From contig QCAB01000001.1 of the NCBI GenBank assembly GCA_003282105.1, positions 49,785-113,784 of the forward strand: 64,000 bases of DNA. Direction: 5' to 3'. Below the pieces are notes generated by a model, which ran no database searches, was not told the DNA's origin, and was given only the letters and a program-made list of their open reading frames with translations. The translations under genes and the position numbers were made by a program. Each line of letters opens with the position of its first letter. Within the stretch, counting starts at the first letter, position 1. This DNA comes from SAR86 cluster bacterium AG-339-G14. GTDB taxonomy: Bacteria > Pseudomonadota > Gammaproteobacteria > Magnimaribacterales > AG-339-G14. Below, in pieces: positions 41,684-52,012 of this stretch.

Positions 41684-42922
41684 ATGCTTTTCTACAATCT
41701 TTTTTTGTACATCCTTTTTCCTTTTGCGATTTTGAGATTATTTTCTAAAAAAGAATTTAATATCTCAGAGTTGCCAAGAATAAAAGAAAGATTTGGAAAA
41801 GTTAATCTTGAAAATAATTTCCAAGAAAAACCCATATGGATACACGCAGTCTCTGTTGGTGAAGTAAAAGTAGCTAGCCTATTGGTAAAAGAAATTAAAA
41901 AACGGCATCCTAATATTAAAATCTTTTTAACTGTTTCGACTCTTACCGGATCACGACAGCTTAAGAAACTTTATGACAATGATTTAGAACACCAATATCT
42001 GCCTTATGATTTGAATATCTTTGTAAAAAGATTTTTATTGAGTATAAAACCCAAATGTTTAATTTTAATAGAAACTGAAATTTGGCCTAATTTAATAAAT
42101 AATTGTGTCAAACAAAACATTCCCATCGCACTCCTCAATGGACGTTTGTCGGAGAAATCGTTAAAAAAATATCAGCGTTTTGAAACTTTTTTCAAAAAAA
42201 TATTTTCACAACTAAGTTTGGTAATATCACAAAGTCAAAAAGACTCAGACAATTTTGTTATTGCAGGAGTAATTCCACAAAAAGTTTTTTTCGATCATTC
42301 ATTAAAATTTTCTGACTTAGTTTCTCCGAATGATTCAAAGAAAATATACAAGGCCGACGAAAAAAAAGAAAAAAAAATTATAGTTTGTGCAAGCACACAT
42401 CCTAAAGAAGAGATTTTTCTAATAAATACGTATAAAAAACTTAACGATTCAAACTTTCACTTGGTCTTAATACCAAGGCATCCTCATAGAAGCGAAGAGG
42501 TGCAAAATATTCTAGAGGATAATAAAGTTACTTACGCGAAATTCTCTAACGTTTTGGATTTAAGTTATGAAATGACGTTAGTTGATAAAATGGGTTTAGT
42601 TGAATCTTTTTTTAAAGTAGCTGACATTGCTTTCATGGGAGGGACTTTGATTCCTCATGGCGGACAAAATTTTCTAGAAGCTGTAAAACATGGGTTGCCA
42701 ATATATTCAGGAGCTAGCACATACAATTTTTCAGCAATCGTCGAGGATTTGCAAAGACTGAAAATATTAAATATTATAGAAACCGAGTCTGATTTAGCAT
42801 CTGCATGGAGGAATTTTTCTTACAATTCTGATTTAAAAAATCGGAGTAACGATTATCTTTTATCTAGACAAGGATCAGTCGAAAGATCGATAGAAAAGCT
42901 TTTACCACTTATAGAAGCTTGA
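41684..42922 (+). CDS. waaA: 3-deoxy-D-manno-octulosonic acid (Kdo) transferase
   Basis: 412 aa. IWIHAVSVGE motif, N-terminal anchor, C-terminal GGTLIPHGGQNFLE. Confidence 0.85.
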   Translation: MLFYNLFLYILFPFAILRLFSKKEFNISELPRIKERFGKVNLENNFQEKPIWIHAVSVGEVKVASLLVKEIKKRHPNIKIFLTVSTLTGSRQLKKLYDNDLEHQYLPYDLNIFVKRFLLSIKPKCLILIETEIWPNLINNCVKQNIPIALLNGRLSEKSLKKYQRFETFFKKIFSQLSLVISQSQKDSDNFVIAGVIPQKVFFDHSLKFSDLVSPNDSKKIYKADEKKEKKIIVCASTHPKEEIFLINTYKKLNDSNFHLVLIPRHPHRSEEVQNILEDNKVTYAKFSNVLDLSYEMTLVDKMGLVESFFKVADIAFMGGTLIPHGGQNFLEAVKHGLPIYSGASTYNFSAIVEDLQRLKILNIIETESDLASAWRNFSYNSDLKNRSNDYLLSRQGSVERSIEKLLPLIEA

Positions 42923-42946
42923 CGATTTTGGCAAGGGAGGATATTA

Positions 42947-43285
42947 ATGAAATTTGTTACTGCGGTAATAAAGCCACTCAAATTAGATGAAATTAGAAGC
43001 GCTTTAAACAAGTTGGAAGTAACTGGTCTGACGGTTTCTGATGTCAAAGGATTTGGTCGACAGAAAGGTACTACTGAACTCTATCGTGGGCACGAATATA
43101 AAACCGATTTTCTGCCTAAATTAAAAATTGAAGTTGCAATAAAAGATTCTCAAGTAGATGACGTTATTGATGCAATTTCAAAGGTCGCAAATACTGGAAG
43201 GATAGGAGACGGGAAAATATTTGTATACGATCTTGAAAAAGTAACAAGGATAAGAACTGGTGAAGTTGATGAAGAGGCAATTTAA
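42947..43285 (+). CDS. glnB: Nitrogen regulatory protein P-II
   Basis: 112 aa. T-loop GFGRQKGTTELYRGHEY with the conserved uridylylatable Tyr. TGRIGDGKIFV B-loop. Confidence 0.92.
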   Translation: MKFVTAVIKPLKLDEIRSALNKLEVTGLTVSDVKGFGRQKGTTELYRGHEYKTDFLPKLKIEVAIKDSQVDDVIDAISKVANTGRIGDGKIFVYDLEKVTRIRTGEVDEEAI

Positions 43286-43306
43286 GTAAAACTTTAAAGT
43301 TTTTAT

Positions 43307-44224
43307 TTGAACGAAGTGAAACCCATCATCGCTATATATGGGCCTACCCATACAGGAAAGACAAATCTTGCTGCTGAATTTTTTTCTAGACATCCATCCG
43401 AAATCATAAGTGTTGATTCCGTTCAAATTTATAGAGAAGCTGATATAGGAAGTAACAAACCGGACAATCTCTTTCTTAGAGAAAATCCTCATCATTTAAT
43501 TAATATTTTAAATCCTAATGAAACTTTTTCTGTAGGAGATTTTAAGGAAAAAAGCTTAAACATCCTCAAACAAATAGACAGCCGGTCAAAATTTCCAATT
43601 TTAGTTGGAGGAACTATGATGTATTTTTACAGTTTGATTGAAGGCTTGGCAGATTTACCTGATAGAGACGAACTGATTAGAGCAGAATTAATTTGTGATA
43701 TGGAAACGTTTGGCCTAGAAAGCCTTTACAAACGTTTAGAAATAATGGATTTTGAAGCCACGAAAAAGATTCATCCTAACGATACTCAAAGAATTATTAG
43801 AGCCTTAGAAGTTTGTTTAATTACAAATGAAAAATTCAGTGAGATAAGAAAAAAAAGTGTTAAAGAAAAAATCTTGGATAGAAAGATTTTAAGTTTTGCA
43901 ATAATTCCAGAAAACAAAAAAGAATATAAGGCTCAATTGGAGAAAAGATTTGAAGCCATGTTGGAAAAAGGCTTACTAGATGAAGTAGAAAAAATCATTG
44001 ATAAATATTCAAAAAATGTATCACTTTTAAAATCTGTTGGTTACAAAGAATGTTTAGAATATTTAGAAAAAAAAATTAATATGAAACAACTTGTTGAAAA
44101 GGCTGTTAATTCAACTTACAAATTAGCGAAGCGACAAATTACTTGGCTAAATAAATTTACCACAACAGAGGTATTTGAAAAAAATGAATCGAATAAAGTT
44201 ATAAAGATTGAGTCTTTTATATGA
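43307..44224 (+). CDS. miaA: tRNA dimethylallyltransferase
   Basis: 305 aa. P-loop GPTHTGKT, DSVQIYREADIGSNKP, GGTMMY. TTG (43307) or GTG (43316) start. Confidence 0.9.
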   Translation: MNEVKPIIAIYGPTHTGKTNLAAEFFSRHPSEIISVDSVQIYREADIGSNKPDNLFLRENPHHLINILNPNETFSVGDFKEKSLNILKQIDSRSKFPILVGGTMMYFYSLIEGLADLPDRDELIRAELICDMETFGLESLYKRLEIMDFEATKKIHPNDTQRIIRALEVCLITNEKFSEIRKKSVKEKILDRKILSFAIIPENKKEYKAQLEKRFEAMLEKGLLDEVEKIIDKYSKNVSLLKSVGYKECLEYLEKKINMKQLVEKAVNSTYKLAKRQITWLNKFTTTEVFEKNESNKVIKIESFI

Positions 44225-44269
44225 ATTCAGTGTTTCTTTCTTTACAATCAACACTTAGAATACGCATCT

Positions 44270-45415
44270 ATGTCTTGGAACGATCAAAATAAAAACAATA
44301 ATGGGTCAAGAGACCCTTGGGGCAACAAAAATGATGCCCCTGATATTGATGAAGCTATAAAAAGATTCAAAGCAATTCTCGGCCCCATCTTCGGCGGTGG
44401 CTCAGGAGGCGGTGGAGGCAAAAAGTTTAGCTCGTCTAAATATATTTCATATTTTTTCACTGGGCTGATCATTCTTTATGGCGCAGCAGGCATTTACACT
44501 GTTGATGCTCAAGAGGAAGCGGTAATCTTAAGATTCGGTGAGTATACCAATACAAAAGGCCCTGGAATTCATTGGAATCCTCCAATAATAGACTCTAGGC
44601 AGATTGTTAACACAGAAAAACTGTTTACCCATACTACAAATTCTTCAATGTTGACCAAGGATGAGAATATTGTAAATGTTGAAGTTGCAGTGCAGTACAA
44701 GCGATCCAATCCTGTATTTTTTCTCTTAGAAGCATCTGGTCCTGAAGATAGTCTTTCTCAAGCCGCAGAATCTGCTTTAAGACACGTAGTAGGCAGCAAC
44801 AGTATGGACAATGTTTTAACAACAGGTAGAGAGCAAATTGCTATTGATGTTAGAAGTCGCTTGCAAGAAAGATTGAATACTTACCTTACTGGGATTGAAG
44901 TGGTGACAGTAACCATTAGAGAATCTAGGCCTCCCGAAGCAGTAAGAGCCGCATTTGATGATGTGGTTAAAGCACGAGAAGATGAGGTGACTTTGAAAAA
45001 CCAAGCAGAAACTTATGCTAATGAAATAGTTCCTATCGCGAGAGGTGCAGCTAAAAGAGCAATCCAGGACGCTGAAGGATACAAAGCAAAAGTAATTGCG
45101 GAAGCAGAAGGAGAAGCGACTAGATTTGATCAGCTACTCGCTGAATACAAGAAGTCTCCAAACGTCACTCGCGAAAGACTTTATCTAGATGCCGTTCAAT
45201 CTGTTATGTCGAATAGTACAAAAGTTATGATCGATGTTAAAAATGGTAATAACATTATGTATCTTCCTTTAGATCAAATAGCTGCCGCATCATCTTTGAG
45301 ACCCTCTCAAGACGATGGTAATAATGGGTCTTCTAATGGCCTTAATCCAACTGGCATTCAAGATTTAACAGATCGGGTCATTGAAGAAATCAGAAAAAGA
45401 CAGGAGAGGAGATAG
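44270..45415 (+). CDS. hflK: FtsH protease modulator HflK
   Basis: 381 aa. N-terminal DPWG...GGGSGGGGG region, one TM helix, SPFH/band-7 domain. Confidence 0.9.
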   Translation: MSWNDQNKNNNGSRDPWGNKNDAPDIDEAIKRFKAILGPIFGGGSGGGGGKKFSSSKYISYFFTGLIILYGAAGIYTVDAQEEAVILRFGEYTNTKGPGIHWNPPIIDSRQIVNTEKLFTHTTNSSMLTKDENIVNVEVAVQYKRSNPVFFLLEASGPEDSLSQAAESALRHVVGSNSMDNVLTTGREQIAIDVRSRLQERLNTYLTGIEVVTVTIRESRPPEAVRAAFDDVVKAREDEVTLKNQAETYANEIVPIARGAAKRAIQDAEGYKAKVIAEAEGEATRFDQLLAEYKKSPNVTRERLYLDAVQSVMSNSTKVMIDVKNGNNIMYLPLDQIAAASSLRPSQDDGNNGSSNGLNPTGIQDLTDRVIEEIRKRQERR

Positions 45416-45416
45416 C

Positions 45417-46304
45417 GTGGGTGCTTTAAGATTAGGAGTCATTGGTCTTGTACTTCTTTTAATAATAATTCTTGCCAATAGCTTGTATATAGTCACTGAT
45501 AGACAGACAGCAATTCTATTAAGATTTGGTGAGATTGTTGATCCTAAAATTGAATCGGGTTTGCATTTCAAAGTGCCCATTTTGCATACAGTGAGGAAAT
45601 TTGATTCAAGAGTACTTACCTTAGATGCCGTACCTCAGCCTTATTTCACTGCTGAGAAAAAACGTTTAATTGTGGATGCATTCGTAAAGTGGCGCATCAC
45701 AGACAACGAACAATTTTATATTACATCTTCTGGCGGTCAGCTTGGGGCCATGCGTACTTTATTGACGCAAAGGGTGGATGAAGGCTTACGGAACCAATTC
45801 GGGGTTCGAACTGTCCAAGACGTAATATCTGGCGAAAGAGATCAATTGATGCAAGTACTAACAGACGACTTGAACATTGTTGCTAACCAAGAACTTGGAA
45901 TTGAAGTAATTGACGTGCGAGTAAAAAAAATTGAGTTACCAACCGAGGTAAATGATTCCGTATACAACAGAATGAGAACGGAAAGAGAGAGACTTGCTCA
46001 AGAATTGAGAGCTGAAGGAAACGAAATTGCCGAAGAGATAAGAGCGAATGCTGATAAAGAAAGAACAGTAATTCTAGCTGAAGCATATAAACTGGCTGAA
46101 ATTCTTAAAGGAGAAGGAGATGCTGAGGCGACTTCAGTTTACGCCAAAGCTTTTGATAAAGATCCCGAATTTTATGAATTTACTAGAAGTTTGAATGCAT
46201 ATCAGTCAACCTTTCAAAATAAATCTGATGTCTTATTAATAGACCCAGAAAGCGACTTTTTTAAATACTTAGACAGTTCGACGGGATCTCGAGAACAGCA
46301 ATAA
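45417..46304 (+). CDS. hflC: FtsH protease modulator HflC
   Basis: GTG 45417 preferred: it lies 1 nt after the hflK stop with SD aggagaggag upstream. TM helix then SPFH domain. Confidence 0.88.
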   Translation: MGALRLGVIGLVLLLIIILANSLYIVTDRQTAILLRFGEIVDPKIESGLHFKVPILHTVRKFDSRVLTLDAVPQPYFTAEKKRLIVDAFVKWRITDNEQFYITSSGGQLGAMRTLLTQRVDEGLRNQFGVRTVQDVISGERDQLMQVLTDDLNIVANQELGIEVIDVRVKKIELPTEVNDSVYNRMRTERERLAQELRAEGNEIAEEIRANADKERTVILAEAYKLAEILKGEGDAEATSVYAKAFDKDPEFYEFTRSLNAYQSTFQNKSDVLLIDPESDFFKYLDSSTGSREQQ

Positions 46305-46307
46305 AAA

Positions 46308-47258
46308 ATGCCTATCAAATCTTCATATCTGCCCGATGGAGTAGAAGATATAACTGCGGTCGACGCTAAAAACTTAGAATCTACTAAGCGTGCTTTAATA
46401 GACTTTTATGAGTCTGAAGGGTTTCAATTAACTTACCCATCCTTAATTGAATTCGCTGATGCAATCGGTGGAGACGAAAATCAAACTTTAAAAGACTCTG
46501 CTTTTAGTTTTAATGACGATCTTTCTACAAAAGAATTGGCTATCCGTCCAGATATCTCTCAACAGATTGCAAGGATAGATCAGGCGGAGGCAACTGATGA
46601 GGAGAGAAGATATTGTTACGCCGGTGAAGTTTTAAAAAAAAGAAAAGATTCTTTCAGTAGATCTAGAATAACTATTAAATCAGGAGTTGAAATCTTTGGT
46701 GGGAAAGATAATCAATTTGAAATCTTAAAGCTTCTTTCCAAAAGTATGGAGATTACAAAAATCAAAGATCTGACTTTGTCTTTTGGAAAAACAGAAGTTT
46801 TTGATTCATTTTTAGATACTTGCGCTTTATCTGATGAAGAAGGTAATGAATTAAACAATATTATCTCTATGAAATCTGAGTCAGACTTGACGGATTGGTC
46901 AAAAGATAAAGGAATTGAAGAAGAAGTTAAAGATAAATTAATTAAATTAACGAATTGTAAAGGCGATCTATCGGTACTTTCCGATTTGGTGGCCTTAGAG
47001 GTTGGAAAAGATTTATTAAAAGATATTGAATCGATTTGGAACTTTGTGGACAAAGAGACTCTCTTTGAACCGCATATTGATATGACAGATTTTCCTGGAT
47101 TTAATTATCACTCAGGCCTGGTTTTTTCAGTACATTCTAAGAATTTTGGATATCCTATAGCTAACGGTGGACAATACAATATCAATTCGGGCGCAACAAA
47201 TAGATCAGCAATAGGTTTCGATAAAGACTTGTTTGCTATCACGAAAATTAATTCATGA
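46308..47258 (+). CDS. hisZ: ATP phosphoribosyltransferase regulatory subunit (HisRS paralogue)
   Basis: 316 aa. N-terminal YLPDGVEDI...ALIDFYESEGFQLTYPSLIEF resembles the HisZ/HisS core. Conserved hflC-hisZ-purA position. Confidence 0.75.
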   Translation: MPIKSSYLPDGVEDITAVDAKNLESTKRALIDFYESEGFQLTYPSLIEFADAIGGDENQTLKDSAFSFNDDLSTKELAIRPDISQQIARIDQAEATDEERRYCYAGEVLKKRKDSFSRSRITIKSGVEIFGGKDNQFEILKLLSKSMEITKIKDLTLSFGKTEVFDSFLDTCALSDEEGNELNNIISMKSESDLTDWSKDKGIEEEVKDKLIKLTNCKGDLSVLSDLVALEVGKDLLKDIESIWNFVDKETLFEPHIDMTDFPGFNYHSGLVFSVHSKNFGYPIANGGQYNINSGATNRSAIGFDKDLFAITKINS

Positions 47259-47261
47259 TTT

Positions 47262-48545
47262 ATGAAAGGTAATTTTGCGGTACTAGGACTTCAGTGGGGG
47301 GACGAAGGTAAGGGAAAAATTGTAAACTTTTTGTCAGACCGAGCCAACGCAGCTTGCAGATTTCAAGGCGGGCATAACGCTGGTCATACTCTTATCATTG
47401 ATGGAAAAAAAATTGTTTTGCATTTACTTCCTTCCTCAATTTGTCATGAAAACGCGTTATCGTTGATTGGAAAGGGAGTAGTAATTTCGTGCGATGCACT
47501 TTTTGAGGAAATTAAACAAATAGAGCCAGTAGCTAAAAATATTTTGGAAAAATTAAAAATAAGTCCCGCTTGTAGTTTGATTCAGCCATATCATATTTTA
47601 GTTGATCAACTCAAAGAAAAATCCAATAGCTTTAATACTATTGGCACCACTTTGCGAGGCATAGGGCCGACTTATGAGGATAAAGTTGCAAGGCGCGCTA
47701 TAAGAATTATTGATACTTTGTCTGAAAAAAAATTATCAGAAAAGTTAGAAGAAAACATATCTTATTATGATTTTTGGCTCGAAAAATACTTTGGACATTC
47801 GAAACTAGATTTTCAAGCTATTAAGGACGAAAATTTAAAAAATGGTGAAAGACTCAAACCGATGCTTGCAGATGTTTCAGCTGAGATAAGAAAACTAAAT
47901 AGTGAGAATAAAAGAGTACTTTTTGAAGGCGCTCAAGGGGCATTATTAGATGTTGATCAAGGAACTTATCCTTACGTGACATCAAGTAATTGCTCTCCAG
48001 CAGGAATTGCTTCTGGCGCAGGCATTGGCCCGCATGACATCGATTATATCCTAGGGGTGGTTAAGGCCTATGTTACTAGAGTTGGGGAAGGACCTCTGCC
48101 AACTGAAATCGATGACGCAATAGGTAAGAAAATAGCCATAGAAGGAGGAGAGGTTGGTGCAACAACTGGAAGACCAAGAAGGTGTGGATGGTTTGACGCA
48201 GTTTCAGTAAAAAGGGTAATTGATTCCAACAGTGTTTCGGCTTTGTGCTTAACAAAAATGGATGTTCTAGATTTTTTAGATGAGATCAAAATTTGCGTAG
48301 ATTATAAATTCACTGATGATGCTGAAATTTTTTCTGAATGTATGGACCTCGATACTGCTCAACCTGAATACATAAGTTGCAAAGGTTGGAAACAATCAAT
48401 TAAGGGAATAAATAAAATAGAGGAGTTGCCTAGAGAAACAATAGATTTTTACAAAAAAATTGAAGAACTTTGTGGAATTTCTGTGGACGTTATTTCGACT
48501 GCTCCCGACGATGCAGGAACAATAATGCTTAATAAAAGCATTTAA
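47262..48545 (+). CDS. purA: Adenylosuccinate synthetase
   Basis: 427 aa. GLQWGDEGKGKIV, QGGHNAGHT, GTTLRGIGPTYEDK, TTGRPRRCGW. Confidence 0.96.
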   Translation: MKGNFAVLGLQWGDEGKGKIVNFLSDRANAACRFQGGHNAGHTLIIDGKKIVLHLLPSSICHENALSLIGKGVVISCDALFEEIKQIEPVAKNILEKLKISPACSLIQPYHILVDQLKEKSNSFNTIGTTLRGIGPTYEDKVARRAIRIIDTLSEKKLSEKLEENISYYDFWLEKYFGHSKLDFQAIKDENLKNGERLKPMLADVSAEIRKLNSENKRVLFEGAQGALLDVDQGTYPYVTSSNCSPAGIASGAGIGPHDIDYILGVVKAYVTRVGEGPLPTEIDDAIGKKIAIEGGEVGATTGRPRRCGWFDAVSVKRVIDSNSVSALCLTKMDVLDFLDEIKICVDYKFTDDAEIFSECMDLDTAQPEYISCKGWKQSIKGINKIEELPRETIDFYKKIEELCGISVDVISTAPDDAGTIMLNKSI

Positions 48546-48943
48546 CTTTTATACTTATCTAAGACTGCGTTAACGAATTTATAACTAGAGTCCTGTCCGT
48601 ATTTTTTTGCTAATCTAACTCCTTCGTTTAAAGAAACAGATCGATCAATTTTTTTTTGCATCATTTCATAAATTATCGATCTTAAAATTGACACTTCTAT
48701 TTGTCCTATGTCTTTGAAATTTAATTTTGAATTAGTTTCGATTACCTTATCTATTATTTTTTTATTTTTTTTAATTCCTTTTAAAAATTCATTAAGCTCC
48801 GATAAGTTAAACTTTTTATTTCTTTCTTTCAGCTGTTTTAAAATTTCTGTATTCGAATCACCACTAATTTCTTGTTGATATAGAGCTTGTAAAATTAACT
48901 CTCTTTTTTTTGAAGGCGAAGGAAAAGTTTTTTTTTCAGGCAT
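48542..48943 (-). CDS. nusB: Transcription antitermination factor NusB
   Basis: 133 aa. RELILQALYQQEI N-terminus and ribH-nusB linkage. Confidence 0.85.
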   Translation of the reverse strand: MPEKKTFPSPSKKRELILQALYQQEISGDSNTEILKQLKERNKKFNLSELNEFLKGIKKNKKIIDKVIETNSKLNFKDIGQIEVSILRSIIYEMMQKKIDRSVSLNEGVRLAKKYGQDSSYKFVNAVLDKYKS

Positions 48944-49379
48944 CTATTTCATTTAATAAATAAAGTGCGCTTTCGGCAAGTTCTGAACCTTTCGTTTTAG
49001 CTCTCTCAATTGCTTGTTCATTGTTATTCGTGGTTAAGACACCGAAAATCACTGGCTTTTTAAACTTAATCCCTAAATTTATTATTTGATCACTTGCTGA
49101 TTGAGAAATGATGTCAAAGTGAGGAGTTTCACCTTTAATTATTGCTCCGAGAGTGATAGCGGCATCAAAACTTTCTATCTTTTCATTAACCATGAAAGGG
49201 ATTTCAAAAGCACCTGGTACAGTAAAAGTAGAAAAATTTACTTTATGGTTGTTTAGAACCTTTAAGCAATCTTCAACCATGGGATCAATTATTTCTTCGT
49301 TCCACTTAGTTTTTACGATCAATATTTTTTTATCTGAAAAATCTGAATTGTCTAAATTTAGTTGTATGCTTTTTTTCAT
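48936..49379 (-). CDS. ribH: 6,7-dimethyl-8-ribityllumazine synthase
   Basis: 147 aa. VPGAFEIP and GAIIKGETPHFD motifs. Confidence 0.9.
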   Translation of the reverse strand: MKKSIQLNLDNSDFSDKKILIVKTKWNEEIIDPMVEDCLKVLNNHKVNFSTFTVPGAFEIPFMVNEKIESFDAAITLGAIIKGETPHFDIISQSASDQIINLGIKFKKPVIFGVLTTNNNEQAIERAKTKGSELAESALYLLNEIDA

Positions 49380-50464
49380 TTTTGAATATATTCCACAACT
49401 TCTAATCCAAATCCTGAAATTGAAGGATACCTGGTCTTAGAGCCCATAAGAGTTATCTTTTCAACGCCCAAGTCTCGCAAAATTTGTGAACCCGCTCCAA
49501 TTCTTCTGACATCAATTCCTCCAGGAATAGATTGCTTGTAAGATTTTTTTAAGTCTTGAATTTCTTCTTCTTTGTCTTTTCCTCCATCAATTAGGATAAT
49601 CAAACCCGAGCCACTCTTATAAATTTTTTTCATAGCCTCATCAAGCGACCATCTTGAGCCATACTCCTCTACTTGCAACATGTCGTGCAAATAGTTAGTT
49701 TGCTGCACTCTAACTAGAGTAGGCTTTGATTTAAGTATTTTTCCTTTTTTTAGAACCAAGTGAGTCTCGTCTGTTATGGCATCTTTATAAGAAATTAAGG
49801 TGAACTTTCCGTGTTTTGTATTGACAAGTTTTTGACTGAGTTTTTCAACAGTTTTTTCATTCATAATCCTGTAGTTAATTAAGTCAGCAATAGTTCCTAT
49901 TTTTAAATCATACTTTTTACTAAAATCCATTAAATCTTTTTTTCTTGCCATCGTCCCATCTTCATTCATGACTTCAACGATTACTGCAGCAGGATTCAAC
50001 CCTGCTAATCGGCACAAATCAGTGCTTCCTTCGGTATGACCCGCTCTGGAAAGAACTCCTCCATTGACTGCCTTTACTGGAAATATATGACCTGGTGATA
50101 CTATTTCATTAGCCTTTGCATTTGCTTTGGACGCTACTTTTACCGTTCTTGCTCGATCCGCAGCAGAAATTCCTGTGCTGATACCCGTGGCAGCTTCGAT
50201 AGAAACAGTAAAGCCTGTACCGTGGCCACTTTTATTATCACTTACCATCTGGTTTAGGTTTAATTTCTTACACTTTTCTTCACTAAGCGCTAAGCAAATT
50301 AAACCTCTGGCATTTTTTGCCATAAAATTTATTTTTTCGGACGTAACTTTTTCACCAGCTAAAATGATGTCGCCTTCATTCTCTCTGTCTTCGTCGTCCA
50401 TAAGAAGTACCATTTTGCCTTTTTTTATATCAGCAATTAAATCTTCAGTTTTATTCAATCCCAT
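49376..50464 (-). CDS. ribBA: 3,4-dihydroxy-2-butanone-4-phosphate synthase fused to a GTP cyclohydrolase II-like domain
   Basis: 362 aa. DDEDRENEGDIILAGE and SRAGHTEGSTDL (DHBP synthase). The C-terminal half is GCH-II-like; its activity cannot be judged by eye. Confidence 0.88.
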   Translation of the reverse strand: MGLNKTEDLIADIKKGKMVLLMDDEDRENEGDIILAGEKVTSEKINFMAKNARGLICLALSEEKCKKLNLNQMVSDNKSGHGTGFTVSIEAATGISTGISAADRARTVKVASKANAKANEIVSPGHIFPVKAVNGGVLSRAGHTEGSTDLCRLAGLNPAAVIVEVMNEDGTMARKKDLMDFSKKYDLKIGTIADLINYRIMNEKTVEKLSQKLVNTKHGKFTLISYKDAITDETHLVLKKGKILKSKPTLVRVQQTNYLHDMLQVEEYGSRWSLDEAMKKIYKSGSGLIILIDGGKDKEEEIQDLKKSYKQSIPGGIDVRRIGAGSQILRDLGVEKITLMGSKTRYPSISGFGLEVVEYIQK

Positions 50465-51564
50465 TTTTGTTTTCTTCTATAAATTAATTTTTTATCAATT
50501 CCAATTTTTGTTGATTCAATGATTTTGTATTTTTTTGATTTCAAAGGGTTTAATGAAGACGGTCCTTCAAAAAAAGAATCAGCGGTATTTGATAGTATCT
50601 TTGGCGCAATGTAAACAATAAACTCGTCTATTAAATCTGCTTTGATAAATGAAGTTAGAAGTTTTGGCCCTGCTTCTATCAATATTTCTTTGTAACCCAT
50701 TTTTACAGTCTTGTTTAAGAACGAAACTAAATCTAATTTTGATCCTGATTTATTAAGAACTTTTACTTCAGTATTTTTTAGCTGATTTATATTGGGAAGA
50801 TTTTTTTTACGCGAAGCAAATACAATTTTTTGAACCTTATCTTTGAAAAATTTTAAATCTTTTAAATCATTGAGCGAGTCTCCAACCACGGCCTTGTGGG
50901 GCTGTTTGAAACTTTTGTGCTTTGTAATATTTCGGTCTCTCACATTAAGTGAAGGATCGTCTTTTAATAAAGTGCCAGTGCCGGTAACAATTAAGTCAGA
51001 AATTGCTCTGTAGTGATGAGCGTCCTTTCTACTTGCTTTTGAAGTAATCCACTTATTTTTATTATTTTTAAACGATATTTTCCCATCTTTAGACATAGCG
51101 ATTTTCGCTCTAACATAAGGACGTTTTAAGTTAACTTTTTTCAGGAAGCCTTGATTTGTTTTTAAATCATTAAGATTCAATTCTTTAACTTTTAGACCTG
51201 CTTTTTTTAATTCTTCAATACCATTTTGAGATTTATCCTTATCACCAATGACAACCTCTTTAAAAGAGTATTTTTTAAGCTCATCAACACAAGGCGGTGT
51301 TTTTCCATATGTGCTGCAAGGTTCCAGCGAAACATAAATAGAGCTATTGGAAAGAGCATGTTCATAAGATTTAGGATATCTTTTTTTAACTGAGTTAATG
51401 GCGTTTACTTCTGCATGACGGCCACCATATTTTTCGTACCAACCTTGACCAATTATTTTGCCTTTTTTAACTATTACACATCCAACGTTTACTCCGGGCT
51501 TGGTAGTGTATTGACCACGTTTAGCCAAGTCATAGGCTAAAGACATGAACTTTCTTTCAGTCAT
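50455..51564 (-). CDS. ribD: Bifunctional diaminohydroxyphosphoribosylaminopyrimidine deaminase / 5-amino-6-(5-phosphoribosylamino)uracil reductase
   Basis: Zinc deaminase motifs HAEVNAI and [13 protein letters not shown], then the reductase domain. Start uncertain (ATG 51597, 51564 or 51546). Confidence 0.88.
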   Translation of the reverse strand: MTERKFMSLAYDLAKRGQYTTKPGVNVGCVIVKKGKIIGQGWYEKYGGRHAEVNAINSVKKRYPKSYEHALSNSSIYVSLEPCSTYGKTPPCVDELKKYSFKEVVIGDKDKSQNGIEELKKAGLKVKELNLNDLKTNQGFLKKVNLKRPYVRAKIAMSKDGKISFKNNKNKWITSKASRKDAHHYRAISDLIVTGTGTLLKDDPSLNVRDRNITKHKSFKQPHKAVVGDSLNDLKDLKFFKDKVQKIVFASRKKNLPNINQLKNTEVKVLNKSGSKLDLVSFLNKTVKMGYKEILIEAGPKLLTSFIKADLIDEFIVYIAPKILSNTADSFFEGPSSLNPLKSKKYKIIESTKIGIDKKLIYRRKQKWD

Positions 51565-52009
51565 TTGAAAGCTTTTTAACTTCCTCGCTAAATTCAAGTG
51601 GGTCTTGGAAACTGCGATAAACCGAGGCGAATCTCACGAATGCAACTTCGTCGATTTTCCTTAAAAATTTCATTACCGTTTCTCCAATTTGTTTTGAAGG
51701 AATCTCTCTTTCTCCAAGCGAGCGGATGTCTTTTTTAATATCCTCTATTAATTTTAAAAACTCTTCTTGGCTAACTGGTCTTTTTTCAAGCGATCTAGCA
51801 ATTCCTTCTTTAAGTTTAGTTTCGTCAAATGGTACTCTGGATTTGTCTTGTTTGATGATTTTTGGCATAACTAGTTCAGCCAACTCGTATGTGGTCCAGC
51901 GTTCCTGACAGCGAAGACATTCTCTGCGACGACGAATCTCATTACCGTCAGCTACCAGCCGTGAGTCGATTACCTTACTTTCTTCAAAGGTGCAAAATGG
52001 GCAATGCAT
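51557..52009 (-). CDS. nrdR: Transcriptional repressor NrdR
   Basis: 150 aa. MHCPFC...CLRC zinc ribbon plus ATP-cone. Confidence 0.93.
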   Translation of the reverse strand: MHCPFCTFEESKVIDSRLVADGNEIRRRRECLRCQERWTTYELAELVMPKIIKQDKSRVPFDETKLKEGIARSLEKRPVSQEEFLKLIEDIKKDIRSLGEREIPSKQIGETVMKFLRKIDEVAFVRFASVYRSFQDPLEFSEEVKKLSND

Positions 52010-52012
52010 GAT

